Source of the DNA: Lepidodermella squamata
Taxonomy: Eukaryota > Animalia > Gastrotricha
NCBI GenBank assembly: GCA_047495785.1
Contig: JBLDXI010000031.1
Location: 1,488,001 to 1,552,000, forward strand
Reading direction: 5' to 3'
DNA: 64,000 nucleotides
A model generated the notes under the pieces. It saw nothing but the letters and a program-made list of their open reading frames with translations, made no database searches and was not told the origin of the DNA. The position numbers and the translations under genes were made by a program. Positions 24,555-38,399 of this stretch are shown here, one piece after another; within the stretch, counting starts at the first letter, position 1, and every line of letters starts with the position of its first letter.

Positions 24555-26011
24555 CTAGCCCATCAGTGGATAGACGCAAGCTTGCTGACAGGCCTCTTGT
24601 GAACGGAAAGCGTAAGGCGTCAAATTCTCATTGCGACATCCAATACTTCGGACAATGCACCGTCTGAGCCGCTCCTCGAAAACAATGTATGGTCCTATGT
24701 TGTCGCGACACGTCTGAGGCGGCATCCTGTAGGTGCAAGGGTTAACAGGAGCAACTGCTGCAGTCGGAGCTTGAGTTACTAGCCCGTTTGAACAACGGCA
24801 AGTCGATTGGCACTCAGATAGGCTTCGGAAGGCGTATTTGGCGACTTCGTCACGGCTGCAACCGCTTACTTGAAGGATACACTGTCTTGTGTTTGCGTCG
24901 AAAACTATGAAATCACCAATCCAAATCATGCAGGTATCTACCGGCTTTCGAAACGAGCATCTGTCGACGGAACTTGGACCCACTGGATTTGACGGGGAAT
25001 CGAGTGTGAATGTATCCTCAGCGATTTGAATGGGAGGTGCGGAATTTCCACGGCACCTTTGCTCGCACTCTTGTTGGCTCGAGAATGCGTACTGGCGAAC
25101 GTATTCCGCGCTGCAACCGCTTGATTGGATCGTACACCTCATTGTCTTCGAGTTGTAGACAATATTATCGCCGATAACCATAGCACAGGTGATCTCTGGC
25201 ACTTCATAGCTGCATTTGTCGACTGAAAAGGAATAAGAAAAGGTTAATAATTAAGCTTTCATCTCATTAATCTTTAGCGCTGCAGGCCTTTTTGATACAA
25301 TTTCAGTTTTCAGGAAGTTCAAACTTGATAGCGGATATCATAGCTTAATATCGCAAGGATTTGAAAGTTCTCAGAGTTCAATTGGCATATTTTTTGAAAA
25401 CTTAGGCGCGGCGTACGAGCATTATTCACGAAACCTGGATTTGACGGCGCAAGTGATGCAATCGGAGCTCGAGTTACTAGCCCGTTTGAACCACGGCAAG
25501 TCGATTGGCACTCAGATAGGCTTCGGAAGGCGTATTTGGCGACTTCGTCACGGCTGCAACCGCTTACTTGAAGGATACACTGTCTTGTGTTTGCGTCGAA
25601 AACTATGAAATCACCAATCCAAATCATGCAGGTATCTACCGGCTTTCGAAACGAGCATCTGTCGACGGAACTTGGACCCACTGGATTTGACGGGGAATCG
25701 ATTGTGAATGTATCATCAACGCGTTGAACAGAACCTTGATTAGTTTGACGTCGTCCAGCTGATTCGCATGCAGCTTGACACTCGGCCATTGAATTGAACG
25801 AAACAGATCGAACGGAATCAGCATTGCACCCACCGCTTTGAATCGTACATCGGCCTCGGTTCGCATCGTAGACGATGTTTTCGCCAATGTACATCATACA
25901 TAGAACATTCGGAATGCGATAGTTGCATTTCGGATTTTGGCACTCAGCAGATTTTGCGAGAATCGCAAGAGTAACTACGAAAAGCTTGGCAAGAATTGTT
26001 TCGAGATGCAT
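24555..26011 (-). CDS. Secreted multi-Kunitz-like protein K3 (5 domains). Exons 26011..25435 and 25222..24555
   Basis: ATG 26011 (MHLETILAKLFVV..). Exon 1 reads through two domains. Phase-1 CCAG|GT donor to TTTCAG acceptor. Ends YPLMG*. Confidence 0.85.
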
Positions 26012-27270
26012 TTCGCTTATTGCCCGTGAATGGAAGCGTGGAGAAGGCAGCGGCCGCGCTATATATACGCTCAGAACCTGAGGATTATTCATGACAATGC
26101 CAATAATTACATTTGAGGCGCGTGTTGTTTACTTCGGCAATAAAAAACTGTTTCGAATATTTTTATATAATTTCACGTAGGCAGATGAACTTGGCGTTCT
26201 GGTTTTTCTTCTTAGAGGCGTGTGTGGTATGCTCGGCTAGCATCAGTGAGCCGCTTTTGTAGCATTTTTTCTGGTCAATACCAACTGCTTACGTGCACTG
26301 TCGCGGTCACGCCACTCGAGATGCCGAAGGTAAACAAGCACGAACAATCCGGATTGTCTTGTATCAATATTTTGAACTACGAGGCCGTGAAATCGGACAA
26401 TCCGGTCTATTAGTCATGTGCTGATTGCTGATATGTAAAACTAGAACGCGCCTTACTTTTGAATCCGTATTCGTGCGAGAACTATAAGATAGGAAATGGA
26501 AGAAAAATGCGCGGCCGATTCCGAAACGGAACACTAAAATCCGAAGGATAGTACGTTTGAGTGGTATGGAGTTTGATAGTCACTACTTTCAAATGATGAG
26601 AGCCTCCAGAGCAAACGAGAAAAGACAATTTCGTTATGGGGTAAGCATGCAGCTTGAGTACGCAGTCTGAGACAGTCTAGTAGGACATGACCTGGAACGG
26701 CCTTGAAGAATTCGAATTTGAACCTCAAGCGATTTCACAAATTATTTCGGGCTGACTTTTATTAAATAAAATTAAGAAGAGCTATAGAACTAGAAATTAA
26801 TTAACAAATTAAAATTAAAGACAGAATTAAATGCCTAACAGATGCAGTTTCAAGTATGTTCCTTCCCGACCGAATGAAGATTTCCAAGATTGCCCTGTTC
26901 GTCGAAATAATCGAACTCGTCGATGAGTGATGAGTCCGAGGCAAAGGTTCTCGACTGAAAATTCTTAAAATGTTGCAGATTCATGAATAAAAATGACAAA
27001 ATTGCAGTCAGTTTAGTCAATTAAAATTAGATTAGATGAAAATATCAGACAAAGCGTCAAACTAATCGATTGAATTCCTTCTTAAAATTAGTTTATCGAC
27101 GTAGCATGACACTGAAACAAACAACTCTACCTTAAAACAAATTACAAAATAATGAGGGAAAATTGCAAGTGTGAATTAGGTTTTAAAATAGCGAAATGAG
27201 CGATCAATTTTACTAAGAGACGCGTATACCTTTCGCTCGCCTTGGGGGATTCCTAGAGGATTCTTTTAAC

Positions 27271-27529
27271 TTCGGCCATTGGGATTAATTCAATTCATTC
27301 CAAGAGCGTGGCGATCGTATGGCGACTGTCCTACATGAACGATGTAGAAGCAATTTTCCCGCTGTTGGATTACAATGTCCGTCCTCGGAAAAAGCGCAGC
27401 TTTCATGTTGTACAACTACCGTCGCAGTTATACTGCCGATGAATGAACGAAACACGCGGCGTGTCCAGGAGTGATCGATTCATTCACTGTAATGACTTCA
27501 AAAACAGTACAGCGGCGGAAAATGCGAAA
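27271..27529 (+). pseudogene. P4H exon-3/exon-4 decayed fragment
   Basis: Similar to 17838-18062, then to 18205-18252, with indels and stops. Confidence 0.88.
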
Positions 27530-27860
27530 TCTTGTATCATTATTCTAACAATATGGAGAATTCAACCGAATTCATCTCAATTCCTTCTGAAATGCCGCTC
27601 GTTTCATCGTCCGCACTTGATGCCTTCGAATGAGAAAAGAAACACTCAAAGGGCCATTTATTGATTCGGGAAAAATCTAAAAGCTAACTCCATCAGTAGT
27701 AAATAGATCCAAGTTTCGCTAATAATCAAAAAAGAATCAGTCGAGAGCAATCTCTTTTAGGATTAAAAATTGGCATAAGTAGAAAAGTAACGGCATGAAG
27801 TTCGGAAATACAGATAATTTACAGTTTACAGTCATGATTCAGCCACGTATTCAGTTATAG

Positions 27861-29541
27861 TTAGCCACGTATACAAGTCGATTGGCATTCAGTTACGTTT
27901 CGGAAGGCGTACTTGGCGACTTCATCACGGCTGCATCCGCTTACTTGATAAATACACTGTCTTGAGTTTGCGTCAAAAACGATAAAATCGCCGATATAAC
28001 TCATGCACGTAACTTTCGGCTTTCGAAACGAGCATTTATCGACGGAGCCTGACATTGACTGGCCCGGGATAATGAATGAATCATCAGGGCGTTGCGTGGC
28101 AGGTGCAGAATCAACACGGCACGTTTTCTCGCATTCTTGTTGGCTCGAGAAAGCGTACTGACGAACGTATTCGGCACTGCAGCCGCTCGTTTGCGTCGTA
28201 CACCGCTTTGTCTTAGAGTCGTAGACAATATTTCCGCCGATGATCATTGAACACGTATTTTCAGGCAATTCATAGCTGCATTTGTCGACTGAAAAGGAAT
28301 TTTGAAAGGTTAACAATTCGGCTTTTACCTCGCTGATCTTAAGCGCTCAATGACTATTTCATACAATTTCAGGTCTCAATATGTTTACGATTATGATAGA
28401 TTTGAATGGAGCGACCTTTTCAGAGTGGGTGTCCTCTAATTTAATCGAAGCCAATATCAATTCAAAATCTCTCAATGATTTATAGGCATATTTATCTAAA
28501 ATTTAGATTTAGAGAACAAGTATTTATTGATCTAACCTGGATTTGACTGGCCCGGGATTGTAGATGGATCATCAGAGCGTTGAATGAGACGTGCAGAATC
28601 TACACGGCACGTTTTCTCGCATTCCTGTTGGCTCGAGAAGGCGTACTGGCGAACGTATTCGGCGCTGCAGCCGCTCGTTTGGGTCTTGCACTGCTTTGTC
28701 TTTGAGTCGTAGACGATATTTCCGCCGATAACCATTGAACAGGTGATCTCAGGCACTTCATAGCTGCATTTGTCGACTGAAAAAGAGTTTGAAAAACTAT
28801 AAATTAATCGTTCATCGCATCGACCTTCAGAGTTTCCAGGCTAATTCGTTGTTGGTTGTTTTCACGAAAACATGAAATCGAATGAGATTGCGATTAAAAA
28901 CTTCACATCCCAAGAAAAATACGTCGGAAATCTAATTACAAGGTTTTATGTGTTTTGTGTTATTTGAAGCCACCAAGGAGGAACAAGAGGAGATGTTGTA
29001 GGAAGAAGGAAAATCGCTGCCAAAATGTCCGAATTTCAAGACTGATCAGCCCGAATTTCCGAGGCCTAGAACTGATCAGTTGATAAATGACAAATTTCGA
29101 AATCAAGGGGAATATATAAAAATGAGGTTAGAGCCTGGTGGAAATCTTGCTTCAGTAAGTGAAATGATTATCCATTTTTGAAGTAATATTTTGGGGTAAG
29201 TGACTTATCAGCCCAAGTTACACAAATCCATACTGCGTTTTAGCTTATTCGAAAAAGGTTGAACCTCGAGTAGTTTGACGCCGTCCTGTTGGTACACATG
29301 CAGCTTGGCACTCAGCCATGGAAGTGAAAGAAACCGATCGAACGTAATCAGCATTGCAGCCACTCGTTTGAGTCGTGCATTTGCCTTGATTCGCATCGTA
29401 GACGATGTTCCCGCCAATGTTCATCATGCATAAAGCATTCGGGATGCGGTAGTTGCATTTCCGATTTCGGCATTGCGCCGAATTAGCGAAAATCGCTAGA
29501 GTAACTACGAAAAACTGAGCGATAATTTCTTCGAGATGCAT
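27861..29541 (-). CDS. Secreted multi-Kunitz-like protein K4 (4 domains). Exons 29541..29265, 28776..28537, 28288..27861
   Basis: Three ORF blocks joined by phase-1 GT-AG introns. Ends CIRG*. Confidence 0.87.
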
Positions 29542-30378
29542 TTTGATGTGCCCGTGACGGGAAGTGTCGAGAGCCCGCTTTATATACGCTCAGAAAATGA
29601 AGATTACTCATTACAATGCCAATAATTACTTTTGAGGCGTGCTGTTTACTTCAGCAAGAAAAAAACTGCTTTAAATATTTTTATATATTTTACGTAGGCA
29701 GATGAGCTTAGCGTTCCCATTTTTTTGTCTCAGCATTTTTTCTGGTCGATACCAACTCCTTACGTGCAGCGTGACCGTCGCTCCACTCGAGACGCCGAAA
29801 ATAAACAAACACGAACTTGGCCGTGAAATCAGACAAACGGATCTTCCTACGCTGTCTAGCCTTGATAAACAAATAGCATTATGAGATAGGAGATGGAGAA
29901 AAATGCGTGGTTGATTTTGAAAATTATTACTTGGTTTCATTAGTCAGATGAACTTAGCGTCCTGTTATCAACTGCTTACATTAGTGTCGCGGTCACGCCA
30001 CTCGAGACGCCGAAGGCAAACAAGCAGGAACAATCCGGATTGTCTTATATCAACATTTCGAACTAGGAGGCCCTGGAATCAGACAATACGGCTTTTAGTT
30101 ATGTGCGGATAGCTGACACGTAAAACTAGGTCGCGTCATACTTTTATATCCTTATTCTTTATATCCGAGAACTAGAAGATAGGAAATGAAAGAAAAATGC
30201 GTGGTTTATTGGTTTATTCGGAAACACCAAAATCCGATGGAACTAACTAACTAAACTAAATAACTAACATCAATAGTAAATACATTCCTGATCTTGTAAG
30301 AAATTCAAGAAAGGCCCAATCAGAATCTCTTTTAGGCATTGACGTCGATAGGCAAACAATGGTGTGACGCGCGTTAAA

Positions 30379-33300
30379 TACCGTAAATTGGGGCAAAATG
30401 GCCGCGGGAAAAAAATTACCCCCTGATTTTTTCGCATTTTTACACCCCTGTTGAAAAATCTTGGTCTAAATGTGGTGTACTTTGGACCAGACCCTTGAAA
30501 AAATCACTCGTCCCAACTGGCCCTAATTACGGCACCCCTAATTCGGCTTGATCAAGGCCAAACTAGAGAGAGTGACTTTGGTCCAACTTGCTCCACTTGA
30601 CAGCAGAGCCTGGCGCGACTTGGTCCGAACTCGCCCCAATGCGGGCTAAAAATTAGGGTGGATTTGGTGAGCAATGCGGTTCCTTCTCATCCATTGCGCG
30701 TGCTTGATTTCAACGAATTGATGCGATTTGAGACGCAAAAGCACATAGTTTAACTATTTCATTTACTTTATTTTCAAAAGCCTCGAATCACCGGTGATTG
30801 TCACTCTTCTCAAAATAGATGACTTGGACAAATCAGTATTTTCACGTAAATTCATGAAAATAACATAGAAATAATCACAGAAATAAGAATCAAAGAATTG
30901 CGACGTATTAGAGATTATTTAAGATTTTCATCAGCCATTCCAGAGATTCTCGCACGGGCATAGCTCGCCGCCTCGGCGCTTCAGTCACCAATCGACGTCA
31001 TTCCAGCATAGTCTGCCAATCCAAATACCACTGCCTGAAAAACAACGTCAATATACATAAACGCTCAATTTATGGATAAATTATTGCTAAATTAAATTTG
31101 GAAAAATAAGCAAATTTGGCAAGGAAAGGATTCGTAAAATTTCCCTAAAACATTGCGACTCGCAAAAAATTAGCAAAAATTAGCAAAAATTATCAAATAA
31201 TTTAGTTAGCAATTTATATATTTTTCTTACCTTTCGTGCAATCTTGCTTGCCAAAAGACGCGACAAAGACGCGTTAACCACTCCCTGAACGACTAACGCC
31301 TGTTGAATTTCATACGGTAAAAAATAAAAAGTGTATAAAACGATAAAAAAAATTTGACCTCGTCATCAGTTTCAGTAAATTCAAGACGTCGCGCGAAATT
31401 GAGGGTCATCGCGGGTAAATGGGTTTATTGTCATCAGCGTTTTAAGCCATTGTCAGACAGATCTAGACGTGACACGGGTCTAGCTTATTGCCACCTTAAC
31501 GATCAATTCACCAAACCGCAGCCATTGCTGCGAATCCTAATGCCATTTCCCATTTCCTGAAAAACAAGGAGATAAGGAACAAATTTACTAAACGCAAAAT
31601 AATTCAGAAAAATTCCGCGAACCCAATATCAAAAATCGTTATTAGATAATCATATACCATTTTATAACTGATTTTTTCTAAAATAGTAACCATAATTTTC
31701 TGCGAAAATAAATGCACGACAAATTAGCAATACGTGCGAATATTAGCCAATATTCTACTATAATTTTGATAACATGTCAATGATTTCCTATAATGTGTCT
31801 CCGAAAATTTCAATTTCTAATAATGCCTGAGAATCACTTGAGAAAAATGCATGATCGAAGGTTGAAGTTCGCTGATAAGTCGGTCAATTAGTGGGAAACG
31901 AATCATCAAAATTTTTCAAAACTATTGCTACGTCCGGATTTGTTTTAAAATCAAACCTGAATCATGTGAAATTATTCTGGCAGGCGGTCTTCACGGGTGC
32001 CAAATGAGATTTAGCGTATAGATTCGTTTGAAGACTCGATGATTGCCGCTAAAATTGAACAATTTCTTGTTTTCTTTAACTGTAATGCTTGTAGGTACTA
32101 TACGCCGGCCGTTAACCATGAATAAAGGTCATGACAACATAAACTATTGAAAGATTATTTACTAAAGAAATAATTAAGCTGACAATAAAATCAAGGTGAT
32201 GGGTGATGGGCAGAAAATAGCTGCCGGCTGAGAAGTTGATGAGTTGATGTTCTTAACTTAGCGAAATTCGGTTCTTTCAAATAGAATAAAAAACAAATGA
32301 ATGCGCGTTTTATGAAAGTAGGTCAAGCACGACACATTGTTACGCAACAGGAAAGCTAATGACGGAACAATGCAGTGCCGCTTTGAGCGAGTGACATTTG
32401 TTTTTCTCTCCGATTATTTTTTATTTAAAATTAAATTACAATGCTGCCACCATTTTTCAATAAATCCTTCGAATCTCTCGCGAATTTCATGCCCAGGGGC
32501 CAAACGAATCCCGTTCAAAGTGTTCCAGTTTTTTCCCCTATATAATTATAACCTGAACCTGAAGCTGAACCGTTAAGACTAAGTATTTTTGTATTATATC
32601 GTCAGATTCGTTGCGTCAATAAAACTGAGGGAACGTCGTACATTTTATCTGATGACTACCCATATCTTCAAGTTTAAAAGTCAGTTGGCGAAACAAATAC
32701 CAGAAGCCTCGACTAGCCCCATCAGGTTTCATCAATTCAGTTCTAATTAATCATCTATCCGTCTAAAATACGTCATCCAATATCATGGCGATTGAGCTTT
32801 AAATTTATTCTTTCCAGCTTTAAATGTGGCAGGTTATTCCTGTGACCTTGCAAAGAGTGAACTGCTCTAATTTCGGACACAAAGCAGGCAAAGAATTGTC
32901 AAAAAATCATTTTAATTAGATTTTATTATATTAATTAATTATTGTAATCGGGTAAATTAAATTGACTTCTGATTGCTGAATTTTTGGGTCGGGATAGTAT
33001 ACCTGAAATTTGGGTAGAATATTACAATAATCGCCGTCAGTCACACAGAAAATCAAATGACCAGGCCTCATACTGAAAATCACGGATAATTTCAACTTTC
33101 AACGTTCAATTTATTTCGAATTGTTTAATTAATTGGAAAATACCGGAAAATTCTCTGGAAGGGATTATTGGGCGAATTCATCAAGATCTTTAGACGGGTT
33201 GAACAGGAATAAACAGGAAGAAGAATGAAGTCAATGCGCGATTGTCGTTATTTTTTCATACTTGTTACTTGTGACCAGTTCAGCACGTGACATTTATCGC

Positions 33301-33930
33301 ATCATTTTCCAAAAAAAATAGCAGAAAAATGAATCTGACCGCTTATCGCCGACCGTTTCCCATCAATCAGCCGATCCTGTCGATTTTTCTCATCGATTCG
33401 TTTTCCCACAGATCTTCGTAAACTCCCGAAACATTTTCATCGACAGAGATCAATCAATTATCCATAACCTTAAAATCAAAACTCCGCGTATTTCAATCGC
33501 ATATTATATGTTACTACGACAAGATTTCACGAGTTGCGGTACAAAATGACAGTTTTATAGCTTTCGGTGAGATTGGAGCGATCAAAACATGAGCTAGATT
33601 CAAAGTTGAACGCGTGAATTCACGAATAACAAAATTCGAGGCATGATTTTTAAAATATTTATTTTCGATCAAGCCACCTTAAAATCAGCCAGATCGGGGC
33701 AATTCGTGCTGCGCCATTTCAACGATGTCAAACCGCCCCACTGCGGGCCAGCCATTAACTTGCATTTTTTCGAAATTTCAGAACAAATAACCGTTGCCCG
33801 CATTCAACCAAACTGGTGTCAACCGCAAATATTCATTTTTGGGAAGAAAACACGAAGGCCGAAGTACACCAAATTAGTGTCACAAATTCTGAAAACTCCT
33901 CCGCGGTCTAGGATTTTCCGACAGGGGGTT
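30379..33930. mobile_element. Large AT-rich insertion, probably a decayed TIR transposon
   Basis: Starts TACCGTAAATTGGGGCAAAATGG (pogo/Tc1-like end). Patchy inverted similarity between ends (ACCCCTGTTGAAAAATC vs GATTTTCCGACAGGGGGT; TGGTGTACTT vs AAGTACACCA). Interrupts the K array. No transposase ORF. Confidence 0.5.
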
Positions 33931-33958
33931 GTGATGCGTCCATCAGAACTTGAGTGAT

Positions 33959-34247
33959 CTGATGAGCGACGGTCGAATCCTCATAAAGTAGCATTTTTTT
34001 GCTCCGCATTTAATTTTTTTAATTTTTTTGTTTTAATTGTCCATTTTGATAATTTTTAATTAGTTTCTCCGTTTTTTCTGAGAGTTTTATTGCTGAGCAA
34101 CTTTTAAACGTCTTCCGAACAAAAAAATGTCCGGCATACGTGGTGTTAGTGGAATAATTAAAATGGATAATTAATTACAAAATTAAAAAAATTAAATGCG
34201 GAGCAAAAAAATGCCACTTTATGAGGATTCGAACCGTCGCTCATCAG
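33959..34247. repeat. Fold-back inverted repeat (~65-bp arms) containing a Pol III B-box-like motif
   Basis: CTGATGAGCGACGGTCGAATCCTCATAAAGTAGCATTTTTTTGCTCCGCATTTAATTTTTT and its reverse complement ending at 34247. Confidence 0.8.
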
Positions 34248-34626
34248 TTTGTGTATAGCGTATAGCTATACTGCCTTCCACCTGTGACTACACGCGTGAA
34301 GTGTTTGCTCAAGTGGATTAAGGTAGATAAAGGACGATTAGTGCGCTTACTGACGAAAAACCGCAACCTATCCAACTTTAACCACTCACCCAGCAGGCGC
34401 TTATGTAAGCCACTTCATACAAGGCTCTGCCTATTATTCCGGTTCTGCCCTATATTTAGGTCCTGCCTAATAATTCGTAAAATACGGCATTTAACCGTTG
34501 AGGACCTTCGCCGTTAATTATCATATTAGGGGACAGGAGGGAGGGGGGGGGGGGTGGGATTTTTCTGGCAAAGAGTCCCATAATCATGGAACGATGAATA
34601 TATTTGAAAAGGGTGAACCTGGATTT

Positions 34627-34883
34627 ATTTAGCGTCGTCCAGTTGATCCACATGCAGCTTGACACTCAGCCATGGAATAAAATGACAGAGCTCGAACAGA
34701 ATCAGCAATGCAGCCGCCGCTTTGAATCGTACATTTGCCATGGTTCGCATCGTAGAGGATACACTCGCCGATGTACATCGCGCTTAGGACATTCGGAATG
34801 CGATAATTGCATTTCGGATTTTGGCAATGTCCTAAATTTGCGAAACTCGCAAATGCAACGGCAAGAAGTTTCTCGAGATGGAT
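34627..34883 (-). pseudogene. K5 pseudogene: orphan exon 1 of K2 type
   Basis: ATG changed to ATC, TAA after TGRR, no downstream exons. Shares the K2 change (LSAMYIGECILY). Confidence 0.88.
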
Positions 34884-35731
34884 TTCGCTGAGCCCGTGAC
34901 TGGAAGTTGGAAAGTATGTACGCTTATGAACTGAAATTTATTCACAACAATGTCAACAATGATTCCTGAGGCGTGCTGTTTATCGCGGCCATAAAAATGT
35001 TTTTCAAAAATTTTCATAAATTCTACACACGTTCTGGTTTATCTACTTAAAGGTTTGTGTGCGTGTGGTTTGCTCGGCTATGTGTCTGTTAGCCGCTGTA
35101 GCATTTTTTCTGGTTAATCCCAATCGCTTTCGTGCATTTTCGCCGTCACGCCATTCGAGAAGCCAAGGGTAAACAATAATTCAGGATTTAGTTAGTGAGC
35201 ATATTGATCCTATTCTTGTGGATTCGACGCGGAAAATTTATTGCAAGTAGCTGAAGTGTATGTCAACGTGTCATGCTACTGGCTGCCGACTGCCAGCATG
35301 AAAACAGTTTCTCAGCCAATCCTGCCAAGGTGACAAGTGCAAATAGGCCGGAAAAGGTCCAGAGCGAAACCCCCTAAGGCGGTAGAAAGCCGAGTTTTTA
35401 CAATGATGCGTGAAATAAAGGGGTTGTGTGGATTGGGCGGAATATGAGAATTGCGTGCCATTGAAACCATAACAGCAGAGTCTAATAAATTTTCCCTATA
35501 GGTAACAATCTTCCTGTCGAAACGCTTCAAAAAAACAATCGTCAGCCTTCGAATGGAAAAAGGAACACTCAACTTATAGTTTGTTTATTCGGTGAAATTT
35601 ATTGTAACAAATAAGCGATTTCATTTAGGATGGCAAAAAAAGAAAGTAATGGAATGAAACTCAAAGCGCGTAAAAACTTATCGTTTGCAGGTACCTATGC
35701 CTTCGCAACGTAGTCAGTTTTAGGCTGCAGC

Positions 35732-37738
35732 CTAGCCCCTCATGATGAGGGGATAGACGCAAGCTTGCTGGCAACCCTCAGTTGTACTGAAAGCATACGG
35801 TGCCAAATTCTCATTGCGACAACCGACACTTCGGACAATGCATCGCCGGAGCCGTGACTCGAAAACAATGTACGGTCCGATGTTGTCGCGGCAGGTCTGA
35901 GGCGGCATTCTGTAGGTGCAAGGGTTAACTGCTGGAGCGGGAGCTTGCGTGACCAGCCCGTTGGAACTACCACATCTAGCCTGGCACTCCTGCATCGATG
36001 AAAACGCGTACTTTCTGACTTCATTCGCGTTGCAGCCGCTTGACTGAGTCGAACATTGCCGGGTTGCAGCGTCGAAAACGATGTTCTCGCCGATGTACAT
36101 CATACAGGTATTTTCCGGCTTGATGTACGAGCATTTATCGACATTTGATGGATCCAGAGTTACGAGGGTGAAAGATGGGCGGCCACAAGTTGATTGGCAC
36201 TCAGAAAGGTTTCGAAAGGCGTACTTCGCGACTTCATCACGGCTGCAACCGCTTACTTGCATGATACACTGTTGAGAGTTGGCGTCAAAAACCATGAAAT
36301 CGCCAATATAATTCATGCAGGTATTTTGCGGCTTTCGAAACGAGCATCTATCGACGGAACCTGGACCCGCTGGAATTGACGGGTAGCCGATAGGGAATGT
36401 ATCCTCAGGAAGTTGAATAGGAGGCCCAGAATTTCCACGGCACCTTTGCTCGCACTCTTGACGGCTCGAGAAGGCGTACTGGCGAACGTATTCGGCGCTG
36501 CAGCCACTAGATTGGGTCGTACACTGCCTTGTCTTCGAGTTGTAGACAATATTTCCGCCGATTAACATTGCACAGGTATTCTCTGGCACTTCATAGCTGC
36601 ATTTGTCGACTGAAATGACTGAAAATGGAATTTTCAAATGTTAACAATTCAGCTTTCATCTTGAATGAAGTTTGAATGAAGCTCAAAATCTTTAATTGAC
36701 TTATTTTTCTAAAATTTGTATAACGACTTTGTGTACGGGCATTTAACGATCAAACCTGGCTTTGGCGCGGGCGTGATGAATGTATCATCAGCGCGTTGAA
36801 TGACACGTGCAGAATTTCCACGGCATGTTTGCTCGCATTCTTGTTGGCTGGAGAAGGCGTACTGTCGAACGTATTCAGCGCTGCAACCGCTCGTTTGGGT
36901 CATGCACTGCCGGGTCTTTGAGTCGTAGACGATATTTCCGCCGATAACCATTGCACAGGTGATCTCAGGTACCTCATAGCTGCATTTGTCTACTGAAAAA
37001 GAGACGATAGGAAATGACAGAAATGTTATACGTCCGGCGCCACTCAATTTAAACAAAATTAATTATAGCTTACATATAAAAAGTAGATATCCCAAGAGAA
37101 ATACGCCGGGAGACTAATTTCAGGGTTTATCGTGTTTCATGCTACTTGAGGCCACCAAGGAGAAAGGCATGTTGTAGGACTTGGGAATACTGCCTCCCAA
37201 ATCTCTGAATACCAAGACTAATTAACCCAACATTCCGAGGCCTGCTAGGCCCAAAGCTACACAACACATAGAGCGAATTAGGAACTGGTTAGGATCGCAA
37301 AAATCGACATAAGGGTCCCCCTTTGGTCTTCGAATGAGCTCACCGTAGGGACCAATGGGATTGGTAGGGCTGATCCCCAGCGGTAATTCGTTCTCTGACA
37401 CAACAGCATTGCATACTTTGAATCCTTACTCCACGTTTAGCTTATTTGAAAAAAGTTGAACCTTGATTAGTTTGACGTCGTCCAGCTGATTCGCATGCAG
37501 CTTGACACTCGGCCATGGAATTGAACGAAACCGCTCGAACGGAATCAGCATTGCAGCCACCGCTTTGAATCGTGCATTTGCCTTGATTCGCATCATAGAC
37601 GATGTTTTCGCCGATGTACATCATGCATAGAAAATTCGGAATGCGGTAGTTGCATTTCAAATTTTGGCAATTCGCCGAATCAGCGAAAATCGCAAGAGTA
37701 ACTACGAAAAACTTGGCAAGAATCGCTTCGAGATGCAT
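35732..37738 (-). CDS. Secreted multi-Kunitz-like protein K6 (6 domains). Exons 37738..37462, 36992..36756, 36609..35732
   Basis: Phase-1 introns and six modules. Ends YPLIMRG*. Confidence 0.9.
37267..37397. mobile_element. MITE family B in K6 intron 1 (P- or hAT-type)
   Basis: TIRs CATAGAGCGAATT / AATTCGTTCTCTG with perfect 8-bp TSD ACACAACA. The empty site is visible in the K7 intron at 44154-44161. Confidence 0.9.
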
Positions 37739-38399
37739 TTTGCTATTCCAGTGGTTGAAATTATGGAGAGCCCGTCGGGCTGCGCTTTATATACGCTCAG
37801 AACTTGAAGATTATTCATAACAATGCCAATAATTACATTTTAGGCGTGCTGTTTACTTCGGCGATAAAAAAACTGTTTCGAATATTTTTATATATTTTAC
37901 GTAGGCAGATGAGCTTAGCGATCTGGTTTTTCTTCTTAAAGCGTGTCAGGTATGCTCGGCTAGCGCCGCAGTGAGCCGCTTTTGTAGCATTTTTTCTGGT
38001 CAATTCCAACTGCTTACGTGCATTGTCGCCGTCACGCCACTTGAGACGCCGAAGGTAAACAAGCACGAACAAGGCATATTGTCTATTTTGACCTAAGAGG
38101 CCGGGAAATCTGGCAATCAGATCTTCCTCCGCTGTCTAGCCATGATGAACAAATAGATAATTATAAGATGGGAGGCGGAGGAAAATGCGTGGGCGAATCT
38201 GGAACAGAACACTTATATCTGAAGGATGGCATGCTTGAGCGGATTGGAGGTTGATGGTAAATAATTCCAAATGATGAGAGCCTCTGGATCTGACTAGAAA
38301 TTGACAATTTTTCATTGGGTTAGGACAGTCAAAGGATTGTGAGTGCTAAATATAAACCTAATACTGTTAAATTCTGTCAATTCTTATTCACTAAACTCC

